Numbered from the stretch's first letter, positions 26,670-36,792 are shown. The stretch: 64,000 nucleotides of DNA from Planctomycetota bacterium (GCA_965223845.1 CBDCXR010000004.1:5792001-5856000); one strand, 5' to 3'. Numbers and translations are program-made. Notes: generated by a model not told the origin, from the sequence alone.

Positions 26670-29144
26670 ATGACCGATCGATCGTTGAACCCTTCGCGTG
26701 CTCTCGGGTTGCTCGTCTTTTGCTGCTTCGCGGCTACGGGGTTTGCCGAGGATCCCCCGGCCAAGAAGCCGAGCGAGGACGTCGTGAGTGCGGGCGGGTC
26801 GGGCGAGGACGAGAAGAAGAGCTCCGCGTCGCCGACCTCAACCGGGGCGGAGACGGACGCGGCGGACGCGGACGCGAGCGAGTCTCCGGCGGACCCCGCG
26901 GAAGACCCTCACTTTGCTGCGCTTCGCCGAGAGTTGCGCGCGCACGTCGAGAAGGTCGACGCGCTCGACTACCGCGCCCCCGATTTCCCCGCGGGGAAGG
27001 ACTGGATCAACTCGCCTCCGCTCAGCTTCGAGCGCGAGCTGAAGGGAAAGGTCGTCGTCCTCGACTTTTGGACGTACTGCTGCATCAACTGCATCCACAT
27101 CCTTCCCGATCTCGAAGCGCTCGAGGCGAAGTACGCCGGCTACCCCGTGGCGTTTGTCGGCGTTCATTCGGCGAAATTCGAAAACGAGAAGGTCTCCGAG
27201 AACATCCGCGCCGCCGTCGAGCGCTACGAAATCCATCACCCGGTGGTGAACGACGACGAGATGTTTCTCTGGCGGCGGCTCGGCGTGCGGAGCTGGCCGT
27301 CGCTCGTCGTCGTCGGACCGAAGGGGAATCTGCTTCTTATGGTCGCGGGCGAAGGGAATCGACTCGTGATCGATGCCGCGATTCAGGCCGCGCTCGAGTT
27401 CTATCCTCCCGAGGCGTTTCGCCACGAGCCGCTCCCCGCAGTGAAGAGCGCGCCGCTCGAGCGGGACGATTCCTCGCTCTTCTATCCGGGGAAGCTCGCC
27501 GTTGATGGCGCGAAGGGGCGGCTCTACATCAGCGACTCGAATCACCACCGCATCGTCGTGACTGATCTCGATGGTGAGTTCATCGCCGCGATCGGGAGTG
27601 GTCGGCGCGGCCTCCGCGACGGCACCTACGCAGAGGCGACGTTCTTTCGTCCGCAGGGCCTGGCGCTCGACGGCGAGCACCTCTACGTCGCCGATGCCGA
27701 GAACCATGCGCTCCGCCGCGTCGATCTCGACGCAGAGCGCGTCGAAACGGTGGTCGGCAACGGTACTCAAGGACGGGACTACTCCGGCGGAAAAACCGGC
27801 GCGGATCAGCCGATCAGCACACCGTGGGACGTCGTCGTGCACGAGCGCAGCGTCTACATCGCGATGGCAGGGACGCATCAGATCTGGATCTACGACATCC
27901 CCTCGGGAAGCTGCCGAAACTACAGCGGGACCGGTCGCGAGCAGAACTACAACCACTCTGATCGACTTGAAGCGGCCTGGGCGCAGCCCTCCGGACTCAC
28001 GATCGGCGACGGGTGGCTCTTCGTCGCGGACTCGGAGAGCAGCTCCGTGCGCGGCATCCAGCTCGCTTCCGGGAACACGCGAACGTTTGTCGGGGGCGAC
28101 GACAGCGAGCCGCGGAACCTCTTTGCGTTCGGGGACGAAGACGGCGAGGGCGACTCGGCGCGTCTTCAGCATTGTCTCGGTGTTCTCTGGCTCGAAGAGG
28201 AGCGGCGCGTTCTCGTCGCAGACACGTACAACCATCGCCTGAAGCTCGTTCGGCCGCTCGATCGCACGGTCCGAACGGTCGCCGGGAGCGGAAGCCGCGG
28301 AACGAAGGACGGGAGGGGGCTCGCCGCCGAGTTCTCCGAGCCCTCTGGGTTCGCGCTCCATCCCGATGGGAAGCGCGTCTATGTCGCCGATACGAACAAC
28401 CATCGCATCCGGCTCCTCGATCGAACGACGTTCGAGGTGACGACGCTCGAGCTGCGAAACGTCCCGCCCGCGAAGCCGGCGATCGATCGGGCGTCGGTGC
28501 GCCTCGCGAATCTTCCCGGCACGCCGACGGTGCGCGCGGAGACGCTCGAGCTCCGGCCGAAAGGGCGCGGCACGCTGCGCCTCGAGCTCGGACTTCCCCC
28601 CGAGCACCACTACACCGAGGGCGTTCAGAGCTCGTGGAAGGTGCTCGTCGACTCCGAGGCGGCGCCGGTGACGATTCCGAGCGACGCGATGCGCGGCGCG
28701 CTCGGCGCGACGTCGATCGCGATTCCGGTCGATGCGAAAGCGGAGAGCGGCGCGGGAACGATTCAGGTCGAGGCCGTCGCTTACTACTGCCGCGACGGGG
28801 GAGCGTGTCTCGTCGGCGCGGTGCTCTTCGAGGTGCCGGTCGTCGTCGATGAGCGGAGCGGCGAGCCGCTCGTCTTGCGCCATGTCTTCGGCGAGGGCGT
28901 GGGTACGAACATCCCGGCGCTCTTTCGCGGGAGCGGTGAGCCCGCGCCCGCGGTGGAGCCTTCGGAGCCGGAGACGTCGTCCGATTCGCGCGAGGAGTCG
29001 GATGCGCCGGCGAACGCGAACGGATCTCCGACTCCGAAGGTAGACGAAACCGAGAGAGATTCGCTGAACGAGACGGCGGGACCCGATGCGGAGACGGCGG
29101 GTAGCGATGAGACGAGCACACGGACGGGTAAGGGTTCCGAGTAA
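26670..29144 (+). CDS. Thioredoxin-like + NHL-repeat beta-propeller protein (NHLRC2/SOQ1-like)
   Basis: Signal-like N-terminus; LDFWTYCCINCIH, GVHSAKFENE; repeated YISDSNHHRI / YVADAENHALR / VADTYNHRLK / YVADTNNHRIR; C-terminal YYCRDGGAC. Confidence 0.92.
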   Translation: MTDRSLNPSRALGLLVFCCFAATGFAEDPPAKKPSEDVVSAGGSGEDEKKSSASPTSTGAETDAADADASESPADPAEDPHFAALRRELRAHVEKVDALDYRAPDFPAGKDWINSPPLSFERELKGKVVVLDFWTYCCINCIHILPDLEALEAKYAGYPVAFVGVHSAKFENEKVSENIRAAVERYEIHHPVVNDDEMFLWRRLGVRSWPSLVVVGPKGNLLLMVAGEGNRLVIDAAIQAALEFYPPEAFRHEPLPAVKSAPLERDDSSLFYPGKLAVDGAKGRLYISDSNHHRIVVTDLDGEFIAAIGSGRRGLRDGTYAEATFFRPQGLALDGEHLYVADAENHALRRVDLDAERVETVVGNGTQGRDYSGGKTGADQPISTPWDVVVHERSVYIAMAGTHQIWIYDIPSGSCRNYSGTGREQNYNHSDRLEAAWAQPSGLTIGDGWLFVADSESSSVRGIQLASGNTRTFVGGDDSEPRNLFAFGDEDGEGDSARLQHCLGVLWLEEERRVLVADTYNHRLKLVRPLDRTVRTVAGSGSRGTKDGRGLAAEFSEPSGFALHPDGKRVYVADTNNHRIRLLDRTTFEVTTLELRNVPPAKPAIDRASVRLANLPGTPTVRAETLELRPKGRGTLRLELGLPPEHHYTEGVQSSWKVLVDSEAAPVTIPSDAMRGALGATSIAIPVDAKAESGAGTIQVEAVAYYCRDGGACLVGAVLFEVPVVVDERSGEPLVLRHVFGEGVGTNIPALFRGSGEPAPAVEPSEPETSSDSREESDAPANANGSPTPKVDETERDSLNETAGPDAETAGSDETSTRTGKGSE

Positions 29145-29217
29145 ACCCGGGAGTTCGAGGAGTCCAGTTTGGGGGCTGTGAACACGCCGCTTTCCCAACG
29201 CGGCGGCCTCGTGCGAA

Positions 29218-30102
29218 TCAACGCGCACCTGGACGCGGCGGAAGACGTTGCGGAAGGAAGCGGATGTGAATCTTCCACTCGCGCAGATGTTCTTCTGATT
29301 CGAACCCAGCGTGGAACCGGGCAAATCCATCCGAGTAACTAGGCACCGACGGGGAGACCGCTTGATACACGTATTGCGCGTGGCTGGGAAGTAAAGGGTC
29401 ACGATCGAGACGTCGTCCCTCCAGCTTTTGCTCGAGAACCGGCCACCGATCTCGCGGAACCGAATTCCAGGGGAGTTCCTCAGGTTCTCGTCCCGGAAGG
29501 TAGACGTGTAGATCCACCAGCTCTTTCTTGGACGCGATAAACAGACCACGCCTCGGTGATAGGTACAACACAGGCGTCGACTCGAACCAGCGACTCGCTT
29601 CAAGTTCGAAGGCTAAAGCACGTGCGAGATCCCTCACATTACTCCGGCCGTCCAAGCCAAAACCACCTTGATCAATGAGTTCGGAGTGAACGACGCCCGA
29701 TTCGTCCCGCATGCTCGAGCCCCAAGAGAGGCTGTACTGAACGAAGTACGTGTCCGGACTCTTGACGTCCTCGTCGATGTCGACCTTCAGCAGAGCATTA
29801 CTCTGCGAGTTGCGAGATAAGTCCAAAGACTTCGCGACCGTGGCGTCTTGACAGAGTCTATAGTCTACAAGAGCTTCAGAGATTGCATTCGCGATCCGCG
29901 TCTCCAGCCACGGCGTTAAGAGCGGGGGCGGTGATCTCGTCGAGTCAGATCGGCGTTGAAGGACAACCACGGCGATTGCGAACGGGGGCGGCCGAAACGC
30001 TTGGACACGATCTAGTTCTGTAGCAGTAAAAACGGCGGGTCCGGAGCATCCGAGCGCTACGGACGATATGAGCCAGAGGCACGTTCTTCCAGGTATTCTC
30101 AT
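29218..30102 (-). CDS. Hypothetical lipoprotein, third gene of TIR-AAA operon
   Basis: MRIPGRTCLWLISSVALGC lipobox-like; ATGA overlap with upstream AAA gene; lower GC. Confidence 0.65.
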   Translation of the reverse strand: MRIPGRTCLWLISSVALGCSGPAVFTATELDRVQAFRPPPFAIAVVVLQRRSDSTRSPPPLLTPWLETRIANAISEALVDYRLCQDATVAKSLDLSRNSQSNALLKVDIDEDVKSPDTYFVQYSLSWGSSMRDESGVVHSELIDQGGFGLDGRSNVRDLARALAFELEASRWFESTPVLYLSPRRGLFIASKKELVDLHVYLPGREPEELPWNSVPRDRWPVLEQKLEGRRLDRDPLLPSHAQYVYQAVSPSVPSYSDGFARFHAGFESEEHLREWKIHIRFLPQRLPPRPGAR

Positions 30103-33100
30103 CGATTGCGCTCTCGTTGGACAAGCTCCTCCAGTCCCGGGCTCGGTTTCCGCTCGCCGCGTGACTCGACGTACGCGACCAAACGAAAACCGACGCGGTC
30201 TCGGGCGTGGTTGCTCCGATAGACGGAACGTCGCTGGACGCAGTCGCTGAAGACGGTACTCCAGCGGCCTCCGAGGTAAACGTAATCCTCGTCACGTGCC
30301 GCCACTTGCACAAGTTCGTCGACGTTCCCAAGTAGGTGCTGCAATCCTTGGAAAACTTCCGACTCGACTTTGGTGGGCTGACGCGGGTAGACACTCACCG
30401 GTCCTTCTCGCGACTCGAGCCCGTCGCGCAGACAAACTGTCTCGTTCCGAACTCGAATGAATTGCGTCTGGTCGACCTCGACGACCGTGCCGGCGGCGAT
30501 CCAGGGGTACGTGGGTATGTCTTGCCACTCTCCGAGTGTTGGAAGGTAAAGCATGGCGTCGGGCAACTCGTCGAATTTGGGCGCGACGTCCTCCGGGGAC
30601 ACGTTTGTCTGAGGAAGCCACTCGTCCGAGTCTTCCTCTGGAGGCTCGCTACCGGGATTCGCCCAGAACCACCGGGGGATCTCGGTCTGCGTGATATAGA
30701 ATCCTTCCTTCGGTGTCCCGATGAAAACCCAAGTGAGGCCCAGCCAGTTGAGGGTGGGTGGAGGCCGTCGCGGAGCGCACCGGGGTTCGATTACACACTC
30801 GCTGGTGGAAGGCTGAAGGTCACCGCGATCGGACGCCGTGATTGTGATCTTTTCATGCCGATTTCGGGGGATTGACGTGATGCGTAGGTCCACCTCCAAT
30901 GCAATCTGAAGATCGCCAACCTGGGTTCTCTTCCAGGTCGCTGACCAATTTGTCCCGGCGAGGCCATCGCGTTTCTCTCTCACTGCCGCTCCTACTACGA
31001 CCGCGACCTTTTCCTCGTCACCGCGGATAAGTTCGATGGACTCCACCCCGCTAGGGTCCGTTACGACAACGCTCATCTCGCACGCGTCGGCCTCGAGAGT
31101 CACCGGGCCGCTAGAACACTCCACCGGAAAACTCGAGTCTATAGACGGTGGGTCGCCGAGTATGGAAAGCGATGCTGCGGGCAAAGCTTGAATTCGGCCC
31201 CACTCATCGCTCCACGCGACCTCGAGGGCGTAGACACCTTCCGCGAGCTCCAGCTCGAAGCCGCCGTCCGCCGCGAAGTTGGATCGCACTACCCCCGAGG
31301 CGGACCTCGCGGTGATCGATCCGCGCGCGAACACCACGCCATCGGCAGGAGTCAACCGAAACTGCGTGAGTCCGGGCCGCGCGACTTTATCGGGAACGCT
31401 GGAGAGAATTCCCTCGGCTAGGGCGAACAGATCCCATCCAGGGACAATCTGAATCGGGAGTTCGATCGATCGATTCCAGTGAGTTTCGACATGAACATTG
31501 ATTGCGAGTGAATCGAGCTCGGTATCGTTCGGCGTCACCGGCTGTCGCCAACCGCTGCCCGTCAGGGAACCCGTCCAACTCACACGCGCTGGGTCGATTC
31601 CGTATTCGTGTTCTTCGCCGTCCCACTCGACGGTGAGGGCCGTAAACGGGTCGCGGTCGTCGCGGCGCCAAAAGAACACTCCGTTACGCAAGAGGAGGGC
31701 GCGTCGACCTAGGGAATACTCCGCAAAGACCTGAAAGTGCTCGAGTCGAGGAGACTTCTCCGGGTAGATCGGACCCTGTGCAACGATCGCGGACTCGGCG
31801 AACGCCGCCTCGTCTTTCGCGAGGAGCGTGAGTTCACCCATCTCCGTTTCAGGAAGCGAACGAAAACTCGCGGGCAGCTCTATGTTCCCGTCGGCTTCGA
31901 GCCTGACGTTACCGGTCGATTCCCCGTCCCCCCATGTTAGCCGCCAGGAAAAAGAGAGTTGCTCGCTCGACGCCGCTCTCAATCCATCGATAGCCACTCG
32001 TCCACCGGGGAGCCGCCGAGGATTCCACTGTGTCGCCGGAAAATCCGGCCCGCTGTCGAGTAGCAGATCGAGGCGCTCGACGATTGGCTCTCCGACCTTG
32101 GGCCTGGCCTCGATCTCGACTCGCAACGGCGCGCCGGTGGCCGTCGCAGGCGGAAGCGAGATGCCGTGTTCGTTGAGGCTGACCACGAAGCTGCCCGATT
32201 CCGATCGTTCGTCGAGCGAAACGCGCGCACTTCGTCCGCCCGCAGCGCTCACGAAGAGCCCGACCGAGCCCGATTCCTCCGAACTAGCTGGGACGCGAAG
32301 CGTCTCCGGCATGCCGGCCCCGTCGACAGTGAATTCCAGTACGATATCTCGGTCTTCGTCGACCTCGGCCATGGAGACTCTCACGGCACTCTCCGCGTCG
32401 CGGAGGTCGAAGGAGGGAGAATCGTCTTTCCCGCGCCTTTTGAGCCGCAGAAGCTGTAGTTGGGATGGCGAGGCGGGTGCGACAGCGATCTCGAAAAACT
32501 GTATGAACTCCCGCGCGTTGCTTCCGAGGCGCCCGCGCAAGGCTAGAGCTCTCCGGACCACCGAGCGAGGATTCTCTCCGACTTCCTCACGGATCGCTTG
32601 CAACATTACAGGGATGTTGAGCCGGATACGGTCGGGCTCGACCCGGATCCAACCTCGGTTGTCGGGCAAGACCGATTTCTCCTCAACCTGCGTCCGCTCA
32701 GCGTTTATGCCCAAGATCAATAATTCGACGTCCGCAACGCCTTCCGGAATCTCGCGCGAGTCTCGTGTCTCGTTCGTTCTGAATCTCCACGGCTCGAACC
32801 AGAGCACGCGCCGATCGTATTGGCGCTCCTGGAAGGTCCAAGATTCTTTTTCGACTTCCTCGTATCGGCCCTCGGGCGTCCCTTCCCAGAAGCTAGCAAT
32901 TGGTTGTGGGGGCTGATTTCCGAACAGCACGAGCCACGCCACCACCAGCATGGCGATCGACAACAACCCGAGGAGTGTGGGCACGACTGCATCGCGCGGC
33001 GTGACCGTTCTCAACCACGCCGCATCGAACACCCGTCGGTAGATTTCGTTTCGTACGACTAATCGACTCCGTTCGTCGCGTCTCAGCAAGCCAGAGAGTC

Positions 33101-34091
33101 TTGCCAACGTGTGGAGCTTCGAAGCGCTATCGCGCATCGGCTTCCCCCGCAAAGCGGAACGATACAGCTTGAGTAGCTCGGCTGGTCGATCCGAGCGCTC
33201 AGACACGAAACTCGCGATCCGCTGGAAATGGGTGTCGTGCTCGGGCATCGAATCGAGGCTGACAAATCGCGTAGAAACGAGCTCGTCGAGCGCGTCAGTC
33301 TCGCGCAGTTCTTGCTCGACGACGTATCCGGCGAGACGTTGCGTCAGGTAGGGCTGGCCGGAAGTCCAACGCAGAATCGCATTAAGCATCGAGTCTGCGT
33401 CGGGAACTTCGCGAGCGAGGGCATCTCGAATCGGAGACAAGTCATCCTTCGCAGAATCGAAGTCCCGCAGGCTCACATTCTCGCCGACATTGAACGGCGT
33501 CGCCCGCTTGCTCTTAATGAGCTCGTCCGGAGCAGCGACTCCCACCAACGCAAAGGTCACGCGCTCGAAGTCGGGATGCCCGGCACGGTCGTTGTAGAGG
33601 CCTCGGATAGCGAAGAAGAAGTCGTCTGTATAGTCGAGCTCAAGAGTCGAGTCGATCTCGTCGATGATCGCGATCCATCGCTCGTCGTTTCCACCGACCA
33701 ACTGCTCGAAGAACGCGATCAGCCTCTGATTCGGCGTACCGTCCTGCTTCCGCCACCAGGCTGAGAGTCCGCCTTCAAGTTGAACCTCCCAGTCTCGAAC
33801 CAGCTTTCTCAGGAGCCCTCGGTACCACTCCGCGACTCCCTCCGGTCGGCCGAGTTCCGAGGCGAGATCGATCTTCGCGACTCGGCACCCGTTCTTTTCG
33901 AGTCGGTCACCGATTCGATTCATTAGGCTCGTCTTGCCGACCTGGCGCGCCGAGACGACGTTTGTGTACTCACTCCGCAAGAGCAGGTCAAAGACTCGAT
34001 TCTCGACATCACTGCGCACGACGTAGACGTGTCGCTTGAAGTCGAGCGCTCCGCCCGCACGAAGCATTCGGGGACGGTTTGATCCGTTCAA
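30099..34091 (-). CDS. AAA-like (AAA_35-type) ATPase - TM helix - large extracytoplasmic region - FGE/sulfatase-modifying-fold domain
   Basis: YVVR, Walker A SARQVGKTSL, Walker B IIDEID, TPFNVG, WTSGQPYLTQRL, RNEIYRRVF; TM LLGLLSIAMLVVAWLVLF; C-terminal FYITQTEI, LPTLGEW, GLQHLLGNVDE, GGRW, VGFRLV. Confidence 0.85.
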   Translation of the reverse strand: MNGSNRPRMLRAGGALDFKRHVYVVRSDVENRVFDLLLRSEYTNVVSARQVGKTSLMNRIGDRLEKNGCRVAKIDLASELGRPEGVAEWYRGLLRKLVRDWEVQLEGGLSAWWRKQDGTPNQRLIAFFEQLVGGNDERWIAIIDEIDSTLELDYTDDFFFAIRGLYNDRAGHPDFERVTFALVGVAAPDELIKSKRATPFNVGENVSLRDFDSAKDDLSPIRDALAREVPDADSMLNAILRWTSGQPYLTQRLAGYVVEQELRETDALDELVSTRFVSLDSMPEHDTHFQRIASFVSERSDRPAELLKLYRSALRGKPMRDSASKLHTLARLSGLLRRDERSRLVVRNEIYRRVFDAAWLRTVTPRDAVVPTLLGLLSIAMLVVAWLVLFGNQPPQPIASFWEGTPEGRYEEVEKESWTFQERQYDRRVLWFEPWRFRTNETRDSREIPEGVADVELLILGINAERTQVEEKSVLPDNRGWIRVEPDRIRLNIPVMLQAIREEVGENPRSVVRRALALRGRLGSNAREFIQFFEIAVAPASPSQLQLLRLKRRGKDDSPSFDLRDAESAVRVSMAEVDEDRDIVLEFTVDGAGMPETLRVPASSEESGSVGLFVSAAGGRSARVSLDERSESGSFVVSLNEHGISLPPATATGAPLRVEIEARPKVGEPIVERLDLLLDSGPDFPATQWNPRRLPGGRVAIDGLRAASSEQLSFSWRLTWGDGESTGNVRLEADGNIELPASFRSLPETEMGELTLLAKDEAAFAESAIVAQGPIYPEKSPRLEHFQVFAEYSLGRRALLLRNGVFFWRRDDRDPFTALTVEWDGEEHEYGIDPARVSWTGSLTGSGWRQPVTPNDTELDSLAINVHVETHWNRSIELPIQIVPGWDLFALAEGILSSVPDKVARPGLTQFRLTPADGVVFARGSITARSASGVVRSNFAADGGFELELAEGVYALEVAWSDEWGRIQALPAASLSILGDPPSIDSSFPVECSSGPVTLEADACEMSVVVTDPSGVESIELIRGDEEKVAVVVGAAVREKRDGLAGTNWSATWKRTQVGDLQIALEVDLRITSIPRNRHEKITITASDRGDLQPSTSECVIEPRCAPRRPPPTLNWLGLTWVFIGTPKEGFYITQTEIPRWFWANPGSEPPEEDSDEWLPQTNVSPEDVAPKFDELPDAMLYLPTLGEWQDIPTYPWIAAGTVVEVDQTQFIRVRNETVCLRDGLESREGPVSVYPRQPTKVESEVFQGLQHLLGNVDELVQVAARDEDYVYLGGRWSTVFSDCVQRRSVYRSNHARDRVGFRLVAYVESRGERKPSPGLEELVQRERNR

Positions 34092-34122
34092 TTCCGAACC
34101 TCGCTAATCGAATCTCGGAGCG

Positions 34123-36171
34123 TCAAACGTTTTTGAAGTATCGTGCATAGAGCAGATTGGCGGGGACGACCTTCTTGCCGTCGCGTCTTACGAGTCCCGC
34201 GGCTTCGAGGCGATGGACCATGTCTCGAGCCGGCGTCCTCCGAGTTCTCATGAACTTTCGCAGCGGATCGAGTAGCTGGCCATCTGTGAGCAGGCCAAGC
34301 AAAGCTCGCAAGTGATCTCCGAACGGTCCCCGATCGTGATCCGCCATTTCGTCGAGATCGTCGAAGCTCATTCCTTCCTCGCGCATTCGGTAAAGAGATA
34401 GCCGGGTAAGATACGGATGGCCGCCTAGCAAATCGTGAATTCGAGGGATGTTTTGCTCTGCCAATACGCCGTGGTGAGATCGATTCAACTCGGCGCAGCC
34501 ATCTTCACCGAACGGACTGAGCCGAAGCGGGTCGGTAACGTTGAATGGAGAGCGATACGGGCTAGTGATCAGGAGAGATGGATCCGTGGAAATCGAGAGA
34601 GCCAGGCTGAACGCGTGGAACGGCCGCTCGATTCGCTCGTGCCAGCCGCGCAGCATCGTGTAAAAGTCTTCGGCGTATTTTCGTCCATACAAGCGATCGA
34701 CGTCGTCCAGCGCAAGGACGACAGGAGAGTTTTGATCCGCGCGCAATCTCTCCTCCACGAACTCGTTCATGTCGATCTGGTTTCGAATGGTGACGTTCTC
34801 ACGAGTTCCCTCTGACCGAAGGAGTGCACGCGCGAGTCCGGTCAGAAACGAGCCGTAGGATTCGAGATCATCGTGAGTAAAGTACAACGCCAAATTGACG
34901 AACCAGATTTTTCGTTCTCGTCTTTTGCAATCGAGCAGGTATCTAAGCAACAAGCTGCTCTTCCCGAATTGTCGAGGTGCCTTGAGCACCAGTGTCTCCT
35001 TGTCGTTCGCGGCTCGTCGTTCGACGATCGAATCCTCCCGACGCATGACATAGTGAGGATCGTGTTCGGGAATCTTGGCGTCGAAGAAGAGCACCCGCGG
35101 GTCCGCTTCGGAGAGAGGCCGGGGCGACTCTCGAGTGTCGGCCGGAACCGGGTCTTTACTCTGTGAGCCTTTTCGCGGCGTGCCGGCGGCATAAGGAGTG
35201 ATTTCGGTTGAAGAGATGTTCGACGACGGGTCCGCAATTGCCACGCACAGTTCGTCGAGAATCGCCTGGGAATCTTCGCGCGAAGAAAAGAACAGATGGT
35301 GCAGGTGGTCGACGAAGTGGCCGATCACCCAATCGAGGTCGTCGAGGTAGTTGACGCGAACCGGAAAGATTCGGAGCTTGCCTTCGCGAGCCCGACTGCC
35401 CGCGCGCTTGACTTCACCCATCACCGCCTCGCTGCTCGCTGAATGTTCTGAGAGAAGCAAAACGAAGCAGTCACACCAATCGACGCGTCTCGCGATGGTC
35501 AGCCACCAATCTTCACCCGCTTTGAGCCCGAGGTCCGCAAACACTTCGTGACTGGCACGGTTAAATCCATCAACGAGGAAGCGCGCTAGATTCTCTTCTG
35601 ACGGATTGCGGTGCGTATACGAAACAAACACCTTTCGCCGCGACTCGGACGAAATCTTGAGCGAAGAGGGGACTGCGTCGAGTTCGAGCGGGACCGGAGA
35701 GCCCAGGGGCTCCGGCACGACCTCCGGCTCTTCGCGTATCCTGCGGACCAGATTGCTGTAGCCTTCGTCGTCCGACACGTCGAAGAAAGTGTGTCCGCGA
35801 AGAGGCCGGGGAATGAGTTCCGATGAGCCAACGTCGAAGAGAACGGGGATGTACCGCCCCGGATCCTTTCGTTCGTACAGCTCGTTGTAGATTTGCCGGG
35901 CCTCCCAGATAACTCCGTTGCCGGTCTCGTCCTTCCCGGTCAGGCGACGGAAGTACTGGGCCGTGCAGACAAGGAGGATGAAGTCGGCGCTGCCGATGCG
36001 CTCCTCCATCCATCGCGGCCAGCCCTGTTCCGGCCAAGGTTCGAACCGATCGACCCACGCGTCGATGCCGTCTGTCCGAAGCCGCTGCGTCAGTCCGAGC
36101 ACGCGCTCTCGATGCTCGGGAGAGTCGTGACTGTAGCTCACGAAAACTTCGGGAGGATTTTCGGGCGACAT
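34123..36171 (-). CDS. SEFIR/TIR - TIR - AAA-like (AAA_35-type) ATPase
   Basis: VFVSYSHDS...WPRWME...ADFILLVCT...GVIWE; second VFVSYTH...CFVLLLSEHSASSEAVMGEV; Walker A APRQFGKSSL, Walker B LALDDVD, SPFNV, GGHPYL. Confidence 0.9.
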   Translation of the reverse strand: MSPENPPEVFVSYSHDSPEHRERVLGLTQRLRTDGIDAWVDRFEPWPEQGWPRWMEERIGSADFILLVCTAQYFRRLTGKDETGNGVIWEARQIYNELYERKDPGRYIPVLFDVGSSELIPRPLRGHTFFDVSDDEGYSNLVRRIREEPEVVPEPLGSPVPLELDAVPSSLKISSESRRKVFVSYTHRNPSEENLARFLVDGFNRASHEVFADLGLKAGEDWWLTIARRVDWCDCFVLLLSEHSASSEAVMGEVKRAGSRAREGKLRIFPVRVNYLDDLDWVIGHFVDHLHHLFFSSREDSQAILDELCVAIADPSSNISSTEITPYAAGTPRKGSQSKDPVPADTRESPRPLSEADPRVLFFDAKIPEHDPHYVMRREDSIVERRAANDKETLVLKAPRQFGKSSLLLRYLLDCKRRERKIWFVNLALYFTHDDLESYGSFLTGLARALLRSEGTRENVTIRNQIDMNEFVEERLRADQNSPVVLALDDVDRLYGRKYAEDFYTMLRGWHERIERPFHAFSLALSISTDPSLLITSPYRSPFNVTDPLRLSPFGEDGCAELNRSHHGVLAEQNIPRIHDLLGGHPYLTRLSLYRMREEGMSFDDLDEMADHDRGPFGDHLRALLGLLTDGQLLDPLRKFMRTRRTPARDMVHRLEAAGLVRRDGKKVVPANLLYARYFKNV

Positions 36172-36792
36172 GGTGGGAACCGACCCCGGCGCTGCGCATC
36201 GAATGAACTCCCGCGCTGCCGGGTTCGTGTTTTGGGATTCCTATGCGTTGACGAATTTTCTCGAAGCGCCGAGATCAGTAGGCAAGTCTTCAGACGACGA
36301 GCCCGGCCGGTCACGTGTCGATACTCGCTGCGAAGGCTCATACTAATAAACGGGAACGAATGGTTGGAACCGCGAATCGTGAGAAAACCCGAGGTAAATC
36401 GGTTTCGTGTCGAGATCGAATTGGATCGATTCAACAGATTTTCTCTGAGCGTCCGTTCCGATTCTCTTCAACCATCGGTTCCGTCGAGGGAATAAACGAA
36501 ACGACACACTGGTAGGCAACTTCGGGGGTATGAAGGCGCGACGAGGTCGGGTTTGGATTTGGCCGAGCTAGCGCGTTGTCGCCCGCCGTTCGGCGGTTAC
36601 TCCGAGCTTTCGCAGCGAGAATCGACAGTTTCGCGCATATCGTGTAGCTCCGAACGCCTTCGTTGGCCTCACGTCCGGAAGGTAGGCCGACGGTCGCTTC
36701 GTCACGCTTCGTTAGCGCTCGCGGGGAAGCCTTCGATCGCCGGCTCTAGTCTGCCTCGCGGTTGAAGAGACGCGCCGAGTTCGAGCGAGAAC

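Noticed and set aside
26838-29603. 921-aa minus-strand ORF and similar long antisense or alternate-frame ORFs (e.g. 5524..6999, 20005..22224, 22244..24130, 42286..43842, 47065..48999)
   Set aside because: Shadow ORFs of well-supported genes in high-GC DNA; Arg/Ser/Pro-rich with no recognisable motifs.
36172-36792. Small ORFs (36138..36434, 36315..36515, 36553..36765) upstream of the TIR gene
   Set aside because: No recognisable motifs and atypical composition; more likely a regulatory leader.
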